From assembly GCF_006345805.1 (NCBI RefSeq), contig NC_043000.1:47120001-47184000 (forward strand): 64,000 bases of DNA, given 5' to 3'. This DNA comes from Octopus sinensis (Eukaryota). Shown in pieces: positions 11,582-24,394 of this stretch. Position numbers and translations under genes: made by a program. The notes beneath the pieces were generated by a model. That model worked only from the letters and a program-made list of their open reading frames with translations. It ran no database searches and had not been told where the DNA came from. Positions within the stretch are counted from its first letter, which is position 1, and every line of letters begins with the position of its first letter.

Positions 11582-12721
11582 TAGCAATGTACCCCGTAGT
11601 TGCCCGGGTCGTTGATAACAATAACACCATGACCAACTGGTGTTAGAGTACATGTTTCTCACATGGAAAAATTGATTTGAAATTGTACCAATCAGTGATC
11701 ACGGTTTGCATTCCGACCAATGAATGGACACGCACCGTGGGCAGAATATTGTGGGTATGTAACTTTAATTTACCCTCACATGGATACGTGGTGTTTTTGT
11801 TGTCTTCACTGAGGTTATCAGGTCAGACAGATATTTTCCATCGCACCACCAGCATTATTGTACACGATCAGCCACTGTGAAATATAGGGAGACAGTCGCA
11901 AAATCCTTACAAGCTTAGCGGCTTATGGAATGAAAAATAGACATGAATATATACTAATAACGATAAGCAACTTTGCATAAATTGGGTTGAATAAAGAGAA
12001 AAATATAAGGCATGAAAACTCGAAAGGTTCGCCATTGCTTTACGTCTTAACCTCATTTGAACAAATATAGGCTCTTACTGTGCTTACTCCTTGGAGAAAT
12101 TTTATTGAATTTATACCTAAGAACGCTCCTTTGGCATTCCTGAGTCGTTTTTGCCACCAAGGAAATCTGTATGAACAAATTATTTTCGCTAGTAATTCTA
12201 GCAGCAATCATAATTCTGCCAGATATGCGATTCATTAGTCAATTTTCTGCTGAAAAATAAGGGTTTTGTGCAAAGAAATGATACCGCAATACTTCAAAGA
12301 CATTGTTTAATCATGGAATACTGAAGACGTTCGCATTGGCCATTTAATCGAGGCACAAAGGGTATTATGGGCGGAAAATGTGCGAATATTTGTTTCAAAA
12401 AGCCTGTTTTTGGTCATTTTCCGTTGACTAATAGGGTTTGTACATCACAAATGCACTCATAACATTCCATATATATTGCTGCATTTTTTGACACCGAAAA
12501 CCTTTAAATTGGTAACTTAGATTAGAAGCAAATCCAAATATTGCCCGAAAATGACCACAAAATTGTGCGACCCGACAGCATAATCGAGGTTATTTTTGTA
12601 GTAAAAATGAGTTGTACAAAAAAACATACTTCATTTGGTAGCCGAAAGATTATCGAATCTTTTGATACCATATACGTCAAAGTCGGCGATTCAGTTTGCG
12701 AATCCATAAGGAATATACGCA

Positions 12722-12814
<93 letters not shown>

Positions 12815-12815
12815 T
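11581..12815 (-). mobile_element. Non-autonomous Helitron-like element
   Basis: Minus-strand 3' end cccgggcaactacggg (hairpin), gtacattg, CTAG, then T. The 5' end lies in the (TCTA)n/(TA)n run near 12720-12815, so its exact position is ambiguous. Confidence 0.7.
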
Positions 12816-13050
12816 AGGGTGTTTCAAAAAATTGATATAATTTGAGATGTAAATATCACAGAAAGCACATAGTCAAAGCAAATGAAACTAAACAGGCTTA
12901 ACGTTGAACACCATAAGATGTATCCTCCAAATTTGAATGAGAAATTCACAGGTATGTGGATTCCATGAACGTTACATTGCGCGTTACATTTTACTGAAAG
13001 AAAAATGGGTCATGAAGGCGCTTCTTGGAGATGGCGCAGAACACATTCAC
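12815..13050 (+). mobile_element. Mariner-type left-end fragment
   Basis: TA-(c>t)AGGGTGTTTCAAAAAATTGATA terminus typical of mariner TIRs. No matching right TIR found. Confidence 0.5.
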
Positions 13051-13052
13051 TT

Positions 13053-13800
13053 TTGTTGAGGCGTGTGGATTCATCAGTTTTCTTTTTGCCTACATAAAGT
13101 GTTTTATGGTAGTTGAAAAAACATTAGCGTCTATTTCCAAGTCAGTACGTGGCGAGGCACTTAGCTGACCCCTGATAATAATTATGTATATAATTCTAGA
13201 ATATTTTGTATAATTCACCTAAAAGGTTTTGTAACGTACTGACTACTTGGTAAAATTATTAATTATTAATTAATTAATTAACTAATTAAATTTTGCGCTA
13301 TGTTATTATTAAAATTATAACTTACTCCATGATCGAAACTGCAGTTTTTCTGCGAGATAGATCGTAGCACACACATGGGTATAAAGAAGAAATATGTATC
13401 ACATTCGGCTGAATATTTTTGAGAGTGCGGTTGAATATTAGTTATGCGATGACGCTTGATCGCGTACATATTTGATCCTAACACTCGCAAATTTATAACT
13501 CGGAGTAGCACACAGAGGAGAATAATAGGTAAATATAATTTACTTTAAATTCGAAACGCGTCTGTGGTTAACCGTTGTCGTTTGGATTCATTACTTTTCT
13601 TCTTAACTACATAAAAGAGTGTGTTTTTGTCTCAGAGATTTTTATGGTAGTTGAAAAGACATTCGCGTCTATTTATAATTCAGTACGTAGCGAAGCACTT
13701 AGCTGATCTCTGAATATTTTGTATAATTCACCTAAAAAGTTTTTTTAACGTACTGACAACTTCGTAAAATCATTGATTATTAATTAATTAGTTAATTTTA
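13053..13800 (+). repeat. Diverged direct repeat (~13053-13290 and ~13570-13800, period ~520 nt)
   Basis: Shared blocks tggattca, ttttatggtagttgaaaa, gcacttagctga, aatattttgtataattcacctaaaa, taacgtactgac. Confidence 0.85.
13509..13566 (+). ncRNA. Minimal type I hammerhead-like motif (U4A change in core)
   Basis: CACA / CAGAGGA / GAAT...ATTC / GAAA / palindrome ACGCGT / GUC site / TGTG. Stems I and II pair perfectly. Confidence 0.72.
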
Positions 13801-13931
13801 CCTTATATATATATATAAAGTCATGATAAATCCATTCAACAATTAACAAATAATTAAAGGCAAAAATGAGATAAATGGTTCTATAACAGATAAACTTATT
13901 TAAAAACCCTGGGAATATATCTATCTATCTA

Positions 13932-14065
<134 letters not shown>

Positions 14066-14315
14066 TATTTTTATACCTTCTTATATCCTTACATCCTTTA
14101 AGATACGTTCATAATGCTGGACATTTTTTTATATGATTATATTATTTTATATAATTATATCAAAGGACATGCCTAGTATGTCCTTTGATTAATTTTAATC
14201 CTTCAGCTATATATATATATTATTAATAGTAGGGAATATAAAATTCCAAACTTACAAGGAAAAATTCAATTTAGCAATTCTAAATCAAATTTCACAATAT
14301 ATAACATATACATAT

Positions 14316-14786
14316 ATTTAAGAGAAATAACCTCTATGAAGTAATTCAATTGATAGTAAAAGATATTGTCTATATTAAATCATATAGAAAAAATTTAAAT
14401 ATATTATAATAAATATTATTCTAAAAATTACTACATTAGATAAACATTAAATTGACTATGCGCGTTTCGTGACTATATCTTTAAATCGAAAATAATAAAA
14501 TTGAAATTGATATTATCAAAATTGATTCGATTTAAAAATATAGCCACTCTTCAGGGCTAAAAAATAAAATAAATGTATGTATCTTAACACATATCGTAGC
14601 AATAAATAATCGAATAAAATATAACAATATTAATGAAAAATAAATTCCTAAGTCAATTTAATGTTTATTTAGTTTAGTGATTTTTAGAATAATATTTATT
14701 ATAGTATATTAAAATTTTTTCTATATGATTTAATATAGATAATTTCTTTAACTATCAATTGAATTACTTAATATAGGTTATTTCTC

Positions 14787-14790
<4 letters not shown>
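14316..14790. repeat. Fold-back element with ~140-bp inverted arms (14316-14457 and 14651-14790)
   Basis: ttaagagaaataacc...aaattgact versus agtcaattt...ggttatttctcttaa. Confidence 0.88.
14464..14556 (-). ncRNA. Partial hammerhead-like core with 22-bp stem II
   Basis: Minus strand CTGAAGA, GTGGCTATATTTTTAAATCGAA / TTCGATTTAAAGATATAGTCAC, GAAAC-GCG. Stems I and III cannot be reconstructed. Confidence 0.5.
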
Positions 14791-14845
<55 letters not shown>

Positions 14846-15939
14846 TATATATACATACATATATACAGCGACGAAGGGTGAAGGGACCACCAACAGTGCT
14901 AGAAATAAGTGTCAAAGAACTCTTCAGCCACAGAAAATATATTTTCAATTTCCTGACAGAGGTGACAACGTCCCCACAACAATTGAGTGGCATTAGATTG
15001 GCATGCCAATGTCGCAAGAAGTTTAATGCTCATCAGTAATGCCTACTAATTTGTGGGTGGTGAAATTGTATATTTGTGTGTGTATATATGTGTGTGTATG
15101 CATATATATATACACACGTATAAATACACACACACACATTTATACATATATTCGCATATATCCTTGTATATATCTAAACATACTAACATAGGCTCTCATT
15201 AGTATACTTTTCTTCTACGAAACTTGAATCTATTGGTTTACCCAATAGTAGAAGTTATCCAAAGTGCTGCTTGGTCGTATCGAATTCTGAAGCACGTAGC
15301 TGTGAAACGAAAATGATACTCACCTATACTCAACTATAATTGCTATACACTTAGCTTTGAGTGAGCAGACACATAACGGAAGACATTCAAGACGTAGGCT
15401 GTTCCAATATTCTTTTGTTTTGTGTTTAAATTGATGTTTACGGCTATATTATTCAGTACGTATTTCATCGCCATAAATGTTAATGTATGATTTGAGAGCG
15501 AATTAGCTGTTACTTCTTACAAGTGGAGCAACCACACAGAGACTACCTTGTAGCTTCTTGATAATTTATTTATGTTTGACTGTACAAGCAATAGAAATGA
15601 TAAATGATTCATGACCTAAGTGTAAATTTTCTCATGTTTTCCTATACTAGTCTATTGACAAATGAGACAAAAACTGACATAAAAATGAACAAGATGTTGT
15701 CATTAGAAATACAGTCTTTCCCACCACCTGCTCTCTTTTTAAATGCTTTGCCAAAAGTGACATAATTTATAACATCATAGTATTGTAAAGTACTAATGCT
15801 GGCGAAGTGGAGTTCTATATGAAATGCTTTCGAAGCTGCTAAGTTTGATGAGTGGTATGAATCGTTGGTGTTGACATTGTCACGGGAGACAGTGATGTAT
15901 ACGCCTGGCGTATATTTATGTATCTATATATATATAAAC

Positions 15940-16016
<77 letters not shown>

Positions 16017-16236
16017 CATACTTGTATAAATGTATGTATATATGTCTACATGTATTGTATGTATGTATATATGCATGTATGTATGTGTGTGTGCATGTAT
16101 ATATAAGTCCAGTCAATAACTCTGATGCAAACCTATGTCTACACAAAGTAGCCGATAAGTAAATCAAAAATTGAATGTTCCTGAAATGCTAATATACTTT
16201 TCTTATGAGACATGAGACATGTGGTACATCATATAT

Positions 16237-16541
16237 CACGTGATCACGTGACCGACCAGACCATCAGATGTTGTTACACATCGCTGGTCACAATGCGTTC
16301 GCATTGTTTTAGCCTTCGAATGACGCCACCCCGCTGGCTAAGCGAGCAGGCCAACAGAATAAAGAGTGGGAGAAGGAGTGGTGAAAGAGTACAGCAGGGA
16401 TCACCACCCCCTGCCGGAGCCTCCTGGAGCTTTTTGGTGTTTTTGCTCAATAAACACACACAACGCCCGGTCTGGGAATCGAAACCGCGATCCTGCGACC
16501 GCGAGTCCGCTGCCCTAACCACTAGGCCATTGCGCCTCCAC
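16237..16541 (-). mobile_element. tRNA-derived SINE family C, tail ending cacgtgatcacgtg, 11-bp TSD
   Basis: Head gtggaggcgcaatggcctagtggttaggg...ggtttcgattccc. TSD acatcatatat at 16226-16236 and 16542-16552. Confidence 0.9.
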
Positions 16542-16542
16542 A

Positions 16543-16585
<43 letters not shown>

Positions 16586-16619
16586 TATATATACATACAT
16601 ACATACATACATACATACA

Positions 16620-16650
<31 letters not shown>

Positions 16651-16651
16651 G

Positions 16652-17912
16652 CAGGAGTCGAACAAAATAATGGAATCACTTTATAATTTCAAAGAAATTA
16701 ATTTTAATATTGGGTAGGAACGTCTTCGGCAGTAATTACTGCTTGAGTTCTTCGAGGTTTGGACTCGTATAAAGTTTTAATTATTTCCAAAATAATTTTT
16801 GTCCATTCTCCAGCTAAAACCGTCTCCAGTTCTTGTAGTAATGGTGGCGGGGGATATCGACTCCCTACTTGTTTTTCTAAAATGCACCATAAATGTTCAA
16901 TAATATTGAGATCTGGGGACTGTGGTGGCCAGATAAGATGTTCAACCTCACTAGAATGTTCCTTGTGCCATTCAGAAACAACTTTAGCAGTGTAAATTGG
17001 TGCATTATCATCCTGAAAGATTGCGTTTCCCTCCGGAAACAGTTCCACAAACATAGGATGAATTTGATCAGAAAGAATGCTTAAATAGTCTTGACTATTA
17101 ATTCTGCCATGATGGGAAACCATTGGAGTTCCAAGATATAGTACCCCCTTGATCATCACATATCCTCCTCCATGTTTCACAGTTGGAAGAAGGCAGTCTG
17201 GATCAAATGCTTCTTTTGGCTGTCTCCATACGTATACTCGGCTGGTGGTCAGAAATAAGTTAAAGGATGACTCGTCCGAGACAATAACATTCTTTCACTG
17301 CTCTAGGGACAATCCTGTAGGTTTTTACCCCACTCTAAACGCTTTACAACGTTTGCTTTTGAAAGTAGTGGTTTTCTAATTGCTGCCCACCCCCTTGAAA
17401 TCTGGCATTGTGCAGCTCCCAGCGAACAGATTTCGTAGAAACTGGGTTCTCGAAGGGGTCATTGAACTCTGCAGTAATTTTGGAAGCTGTACTTTTGTGA
17501 GCCTTTTTAACTATTCGTGTAAGAGTCTCTATCAGCAAGTTTTGGTTTTTTTCCGGAATTTTGTTTCGACGAGGAGGTTTACTTTCTCTTTCTCGAAGGC
17601 TGTCATTACTATCGAGACAGTACTCCTTGATATACCAAGCATTTCGGCTGTTTTCTGTATGCTAGCGCCTGCCATACGGGCAACAAAATTTGACCTGTTA
17701 GAAAGTCCGATATATCTGTAGTTTTAATGAATTTTAATCACTTTTTTCTAATGATATCCGAAAAAACCCAGCGATTTTAGCAAAACATATTAAGCAACAC
17801 TAATGATAAATAAAAACACATAAAAACGAACAAGGTTTTGATGGTATTATAGATATTGCAAAATTATGATGCTATGATGCGAGTTGTTTCCATTATTTTG
17901 TCGAACCCCATG
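16652..17912 (-). mobile_element. Full-length Tc1 transposon with short TIRs and DD34E transposase pseudogene (~16704-17720)
   Basis: TIRs caggagtcgaacaaaataatggaatcac / gttgtttccattattttgtcgaaccccatg. Motifs ARMAGASIQKTAEMLGISRSTVS, KHGGG, QDDNAPIYTA, WPPQSPDLNIIEHLW. Confidence 0.92.
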
Positions 17913-17926
17913 CATATATTTATACG

Positions 17927-17961
<35 letters not shown>

Positions 17962-18521
17962 TTATTTATTTATATAAGTATAAACACTTGTGTGTATGTG
18001 TGTGTACAAGTTGAGTATGTATTTGCTAGTGCGTGTGTGTGTGTGTGCGCGAACGCGTAATTTGTGCGTTGTGTGAAGAAAAGTGCTTAAAGTTGAATTT
18101 CAAATTACTCTTCGGCACGTACGAACTATTTCATCAAATTTTGTTGTAAAACGTGTAAAATATATTAAACAAAAACGTGTTTCAATCTATGTCAGCAAAT
18201 GAATCAACTAATAATGGTTTCTTCAATTGGTGAAAGGTAACACATTTTAAGGGCAGTGGAATAGTTGATGAGTTGTTGCCCCAAAATTACAAAAGTAATT
18301 TACGTTATATACCACTGGAAAGATGAAATAAAAATTGGAAGTCAGCAGAATTTTGTCGCTAAAGGGAGAGAGACGCTATAAAATACAAGAAGACATTCTT
18401 GATGCTGCATCTAACTAAAGTTCTTCAATTATTAAGCCACTATAGCAGTGATTTGAACTCGCGTTGCCACCTTACGAATGTCTATTTCTTTACTACGCAC
18501 AAGGGGCTAAACACAGAGAAG

Positions 18522-19047
18522 ATTTTGCCCAAAAATTTTTGAAAATTTTCCTAAAAATTGTTTTAAGATTTTTCCCAAAGATTTTTGAAACATTTTATAA
18601 AAATTTTCCTCAAAAATTTTTTTAAATTTTTAAAAATATTTTATGAAAATTTTCCTCAAAAATTTTTTAAAATATTTTATGAAAATTTTCCTCAAAAATT
18701 TTAAAAAATTTTTTAAAAATATTTTATGAAAATTTTCCTCAAAAATTTTAAAAAATTTTAAAAATATTTTTGAAAAATTTTTTGAAAATTTTCCTCAAAT
18801 TTTTGAAGATTTTTCCCAGAAATTTTTGAAAATTTTCCTTAAAAATTCTTGAAAATTCTTCCCAAAATTTTTGAAAAATTTTTGAAAAATTTTTTTGAAA
18901 ATTTTCCACAAAAATTTTGAGAAATTTTGAAAATTTTCATCGAGATTTTTGATAAATTTTTGAAAATTTTTCATCAAAATTTTGGAAAGTTTTTGGAAAA
19001 TTTTCATAAAAATATTTGAAAATTTCCCTGAAAATTTGTTGAAAATT
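18522..19047. repeat. A-tract minisatellite of A4-5T4-5 blocks at ~10-11-bp spacing, with a ~40-45-bp higher-order unit
   Basis: Repeated gaaaattttc / aaaaattttt. The higher-order unit aaaattttcctc...aaatattttatg recurs in 18600-18780. Confidence 0.92.
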
Positions 19048-19110
19048 GGACAGATTATTTCTAGGTATTAAATATTGTGGAATGGCAACGACTGGATCAT
19101 ATTCAAATCT

Positions 19111-19527
19111 AGGTCTGCTCGTGGCTGTTTGGTAAGTAGCTGTCTACCAACCACATGGTTCCGGGTTCAGTCCCACTGCGTGGCACCTTGGGCAAGTGTC
19201 TTCTACTATAGCCTCGGGCCGACCGAAGCCTTGTGAGTGGATTTGGTAGACGGAAACTGAAAGAAGCCCGTCGTATATATGTATATATATATATATATGC
19301 GTGTGTGTGTTTCTGTGTCTGTGTATGTCCTCTAGCATTGCTTGACAACCGATGCTTGTGTGTTTATGTCCCCGTTACTTCGCGGTTCAGCAAATGAGAC
19401 CGATAGAATAAGTACTGTGCTTACAAAAGAATAAGTCCCGGGGTCGAGTTGCTCGATTAAAGGCGGTGCTCCAGCATGGCCGCAGTCAAATGACTGAAAC
19501 AAGTAAATGAGTAAAGAGTAAAAGAGA
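19111..19527 (+). mobile_element. SINE family B, full length
   Basis: gtggctgtttggtaag...gggttcagtcccactgcgtggcaccttgggcaagt, internal (TA)n/(TG)n, tail gactgaaacaagtaaa(gagtaaa)n. Confidence 0.92.
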
Positions 19528-20799
19528 ATATATGTAACCTCAAGAAGGATCGAATGTCATTGCCAAATAAGTAAAACGTGAAATGTAAAAACAATGGCAA
19601 AATGAGTTTAATCCTGAATTATGTTATTTTTCGCCAGAAGTCAACTCTTTTCGAGCACAACTAAGGTCAAAAGAATTCCAGCCATGACTATCCCGCCATA
19701 TTCATGACTAGAACTACATCGTTCCATGTGTCGCATGTTTCAGATGTTAGTGTGGTTTCACGAAGACTTTGCTGCTATTTCTAGTATGTCGGGTGACCAC
19801 GTGAAGGCAAATAGTATACAGTTGCTCATAGTTGCCTGGCGCATAATCTTCTGGTATATTAAACCAATTTTTTTCTTTCTGTCTTTGTCTGACATATTTA
19901 TGCTTACTCAAACACATTTTTCAATGTAGTCAGTTGGTGATATTTTGATATTCCAAATTCTTTCTCCAGGCTATCATCGAAATAAATACCATCGTGTATT
20001 AATGATGCATGTACGTACATACGTCATACACACATATGTGTACTTATGCAACCACATTTATGTATATATGTATGTATATATATTGAGTGTATACGTACAT
20101 ATCTATTTCAATAGACACACGCACATTCACACATACATAATATATATATATATATATTTGTGCATGTATATGCATGTATTTATATATGTCTGTGCGCATA
20201 CACACGCACACACACACAAACACATCGACAAACAGAAATAATAACATATATTCGGACAAACCGCAATAGTGAAAGTGAACGTAATATAGGGAATTAAATG
20301 AAATACAAAGAGTAATTCACTTTCTTTTCTTTTGACTGCTAATGGTCTTACTGAGAACATCATTTACATATTCCAGCAAATATGCACTTTCTTTTCTGGT
20401 GGTAAGTGAAATTATTGTATATTTTATTTGCTTTTAGTGTACTAAACTCTGGATTGCGACAAGTCACAGAAACTTTATAATGTAAATTATCTGCAATTTT
20501 ATTTTATTTTTACATTACACGAACTTCCAAATAAGATTTTACTTAAGTTATCTGTATAAAAGTTTGTATTTATTCCTTTTATCATTGACAAGCTAGGATT
20601 TATCTTCTTGACAATGTTTTCAATTTTTTTTTCTCCTGTCAAATGGGAGAATTCTCCAGGAATTTAGTTTTGGAATAACAAGTGATCATTTTAAATTGAA
20701 AGCGAAACATGTATATCGCCTATAAAAAAATACTTGAAACAGCCAATTTGGTAAACTTAGGTAGCTATTATGGTATTCAAAATATTTAATACCTTATGA

Positions 20800-21115
20800 T
20801 TATGTCTGTGCGCAAGTGGTGTGGAATCCAATAAATCGTATGTTTCCATGCAGTGTATCTTATGCATACTATAGCAAATAGACTGAGTCGTAATAGCAAC
20901 GGATAAAACGTTTTGTAGTAATTGTTCCAGCTCTCTGAGTTCAAAATCCTCAGAGATCAACTTTGCCTTTTCAATTCTCTATGATTGCGTCCGTGCACAG
21001 GTGGCACAAGTGTTGTGGAATCCTATAAATTATACGTTCTCATGCTGTGTATTTTATGTGTATCTTATGCATAAGATTGCGAATAAGTAGAGTCGTAATA
21101 TTATTGGATAAACTC
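20800..21115 (+). repeat. Diverged ~110-bp direct repeat with a SINE A fragment between the copies
   Basis: caagtg(g/t)tgtggaatcc(a/t)ataaat...gtatcttatgcata...gagtcgtaata..ggataaa at ~20800-20910 and ~20988-21115. Confidence 0.75.
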
Positions 21116-21222
21116 AATTATTCCAACTCAATTATTCTCTAAGGTCAAATCATGTGAAGGTTATCTTTGCCTTTCATTCCTTCGGTGTTGATGAGTAACA
21201 TAACTTTGAAGTACTTGTGTTG

Positions 21223-21266
<44 letters not shown>

Positions 21267-21681
21267 AGCTGTGACATTCTGACGTACTACTATAGGATGG
21301 ATAAAAGATTGTCTTTGACTGCTCTAGAATACAGCTGCACTTTTAACCATTAACCAAAACCTGTTACATACTGATACTAAATCATACTTGAGAGCGGTCG
21401 ACAGACGTCTTCATAAGCATCTAATGCACGCCAACCAGATTGAACGCATTCAAACTTTTTCAAACTTTAGGTAAAGAAAGAGAGTAATATAGCAACGGTT
21501 CTCAGCATCTCCATCATAATTAACTGGTATGATAGGCCTGCAGAAATTCTGCTTTTATTCACACTTGTTCTTGGGGTTGACTTCACCTTTCCCCACCCAA
21601 CATGCGCTGGGTTTAAACACAAAGCTTGTTAGCTTTTGAAATTTTACATTGGTTTACTTCCTACTTTAGTTAGTCCTACAC

Positions 21682-21830
21682 TCTCTCTTTCCTCTCTTTC
21701 TTTCTCCTCTCTTTCTTTCTCCTCTCTTTTTCTCCTCTCTTTCTCTCTTTCTTTCTCCTCTCTTTCTTTCTTTCTTTCTTTCATTCTTTCTCTCTTTCTT
21801 TCTCTTTCTCTCTTTCTCTCACTCTCTCAC
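21682..21830. repeat. Polypyrimidine (CT/CTTT) tract
   Basis: Directly visible. Confidence 0.9.
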
Positions 21831-22324
21831 ACACACATGCTTACATAAACATTATTTTGAAACGCCATTTTAGCTTTTGTTTGTTGGTTAAACATTAGTT
21901 CAATATTTAACCGTAATTGATACAGAATATAATCTCGATTAAAGTTATCCTACGCACCATGTTGCATTGTCTAGGATCAATGAAAGATTTGATTTCAAAT
22001 ATGTCTGATATTGAAATACTCTTTAATTAGAGTGGATTCCATTGCTTTTAGTTGCCATCACGTTTTATTTTTGTTGTGGCATAAGCCATGATTGAGATTT
22101 TCTTCAATGCACCAGCACTTCAACAATGGTCATCTCATCTTTTTTACATGCTGTAACTAAAACTACATAAAATGTCTTAAATTTTTAAACAGTTGGTATA
22201 ATTTTGCAATTTTCCTGCAAGCCGAGCGACTATGTAGAAGCATATCCATTAGTTCATTTCTTTGATGTACATTCAGTTTATGAACCATATTAATTACTTT
22301 TGGACTAGGTGTAGCATCCAGCTA

Positions 22325-22510
22325 GGCAAAATGCTTAGTGGCATTTCGTCGGTCTTTACATTCTGAGTTCAAATTCTGCCAAGGTCGACTTTACTTTTCA
22401 TCCTTTTCATCCAGGGTCGGTAAAATGAGTACCAGTGAACACTGGGGTCCATGTAATTGACTTATCCTGTTCCTTGAATTTGCTGGCCTTGTTTCTAAAT
22501 TTGAAACCAA
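22325..22510 (+). mobile_element. SINE family A, 5'-truncated, tail A1
   Basis: ggcaaaatgcttag...ctgagttcaaattctgccaaggtcgacttt...aaatttgaaaccaatatt. Confidence 0.82.
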
Positions 22511-23698
22511 TATTGTCACTTTCATACTTTTCTCTAAAAGAAAGTTTGAACAACTTACATATAGAACGGAAGTGAACGCTTTACTTCTGTTGGCACAATA
22601 AAAGTTCGTAGATAAAAATAAATTGCAGTGAGTTGATCTACAGAGAAAAATAAAAATCTGATGTTTTAGATATCTGTCCATCTTTGGTGAGACGGAGAGG
22701 AGTGAGGGGAGAAAAGCATCGAAAAACTTAGCACTTGGAGTGAACATACGAATGACAGCACTTTTACGCTTTAGTGTCAAGACGTTTATTTGTTTTTCTT
22801 CACTGTAGAGAAGGACAGATTATCCAAAATATTAATCTTTCACACTTCACAGCAAACTTATACTCATTGTCTTTGAAGTTACTTTAGCTGACGGAGGCTA
22901 CCACCAACATTTAAAGATTCCGGATCTTTCCTAATAATGGAAACCCCAGGTCCTCTTTTGTTTATATAACAATTGACGTAACTCTATTGAGCAAGAACAA
23001 AAACTTTGTGAAACCTATCGATACGAGTGTATATGCACCAAACATTAACATTGATGTGAACAAAGAAATTAAAAGAAAAAAATCACATCTAATCAATTAT
23101 TTGTATGATGTTACATATAGTTAGCAATAAGTGGTGCCATGATGATATAATTATGTTTGTCTTCAAATATCGATTTCTAACATAGGCAGAAGGTCAAAAC
23201 TGTTTTGAGAAAGGGGGTGGGTCCCTGTCGATTATATCGACCCCAGTACTTGTCTGGTTATTATTTTTTATCGACTACGGAAGGACGAAAAGCAAAGTCG
23301 GATTGAATGAAATAAACATATTTCTAATTGATATATATATTTATTAATCCTACGCTTTAATGATTTACAATATCCTTTGTAGTTATTTTCTTTCTATTGA
23401 AAAAAGATAAAACAGTCTTATAATTCAGATTTACACCTTTATTCTTGAATTTCTCTGCCTGAAATGATTTTAGCGGACGATATGGATCCCATTATTTTGA
23501 GAGACTATCAATATCGAGCATTTTATTTTTGTCTATTGGAGAAAAAAGAAAGGGTTAAGCCAATGTATTGGGAGGAACTTGAGACAGAAAATCATATTAC
23601 CTGAAGATGCACCAATTGTTTTGCCATTAATATTAGAATCAGCTCGAAAATTTTCTTTGTTTAATTCTCATCCCATTTTCAGGTGCTATACACTCAGT

Positions 23699-23749
<51 letters not shown>

Positions 23750-24184
23750 CTATCTCTCCCTCTCTCCCGCTTGGTATTTATAAGAGCTTTATTTATAACA
23801 TGAAAGAAATTAGAAAGTAAACCTAAAGACTACTAATCATTTTGTCAGAGATGGAAGAATCAAACAAAAATATATTGTGGTATTTGGTCCCTTTTTCTCT
23901 CAGGCGTACTTTGCCATTCCATATTCTGAGTAGATAAAATAAGTTCCAGGTAAAGTACTGCTAAACCTAAAATCGAATAAAATGCTTCTGTGTGATGCCT
24001 CGGTATTATATTCCAAAACTGAAATCACTAAAACTTTATGCTATATTAAGAACTCCGCCTAGATGGGTTCGGTGTTTCGGTCTTAAAGGATAATCACGTC
24101 ATAGCCAGCAATTGGGGAAATATTTCACTGAAGTAAAGTTTCTTTTAAGCTTTACGCAGCTCTAGTTAAATCCTGAGCTGTTTC

Positions 24185-24394
24185 TTATTTCTTTGTTGCC
24201 CACAAGGGGCTAAATATAGAGGGGACAGACAAAGGGATTAAGTCGATTACATTGACCCCAGTGCGTAACTGGTACTTAATTTATCGACCCGGTCAAGGAT
24301 GAAAGGCAAAGTCGACCTCGGTGGAATTTGAACTCAGAACGTAACGACAGTATTTCGCCCGGCGTGCTACCGTTTCTGCCAGCTCACCGCCTTG
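24185..24394 (-). mobile_element. SINE family A, tail type A2, diverged 15-bp TSD
   Basis: A2 tail gcccacaaggggctaaa on the plus strand. Flanks atcctgagctgtttc (24170-24184) and atcccgaaccgtttt (24395-24409) match 11/15, all differences transitions. Confidence 0.85.
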
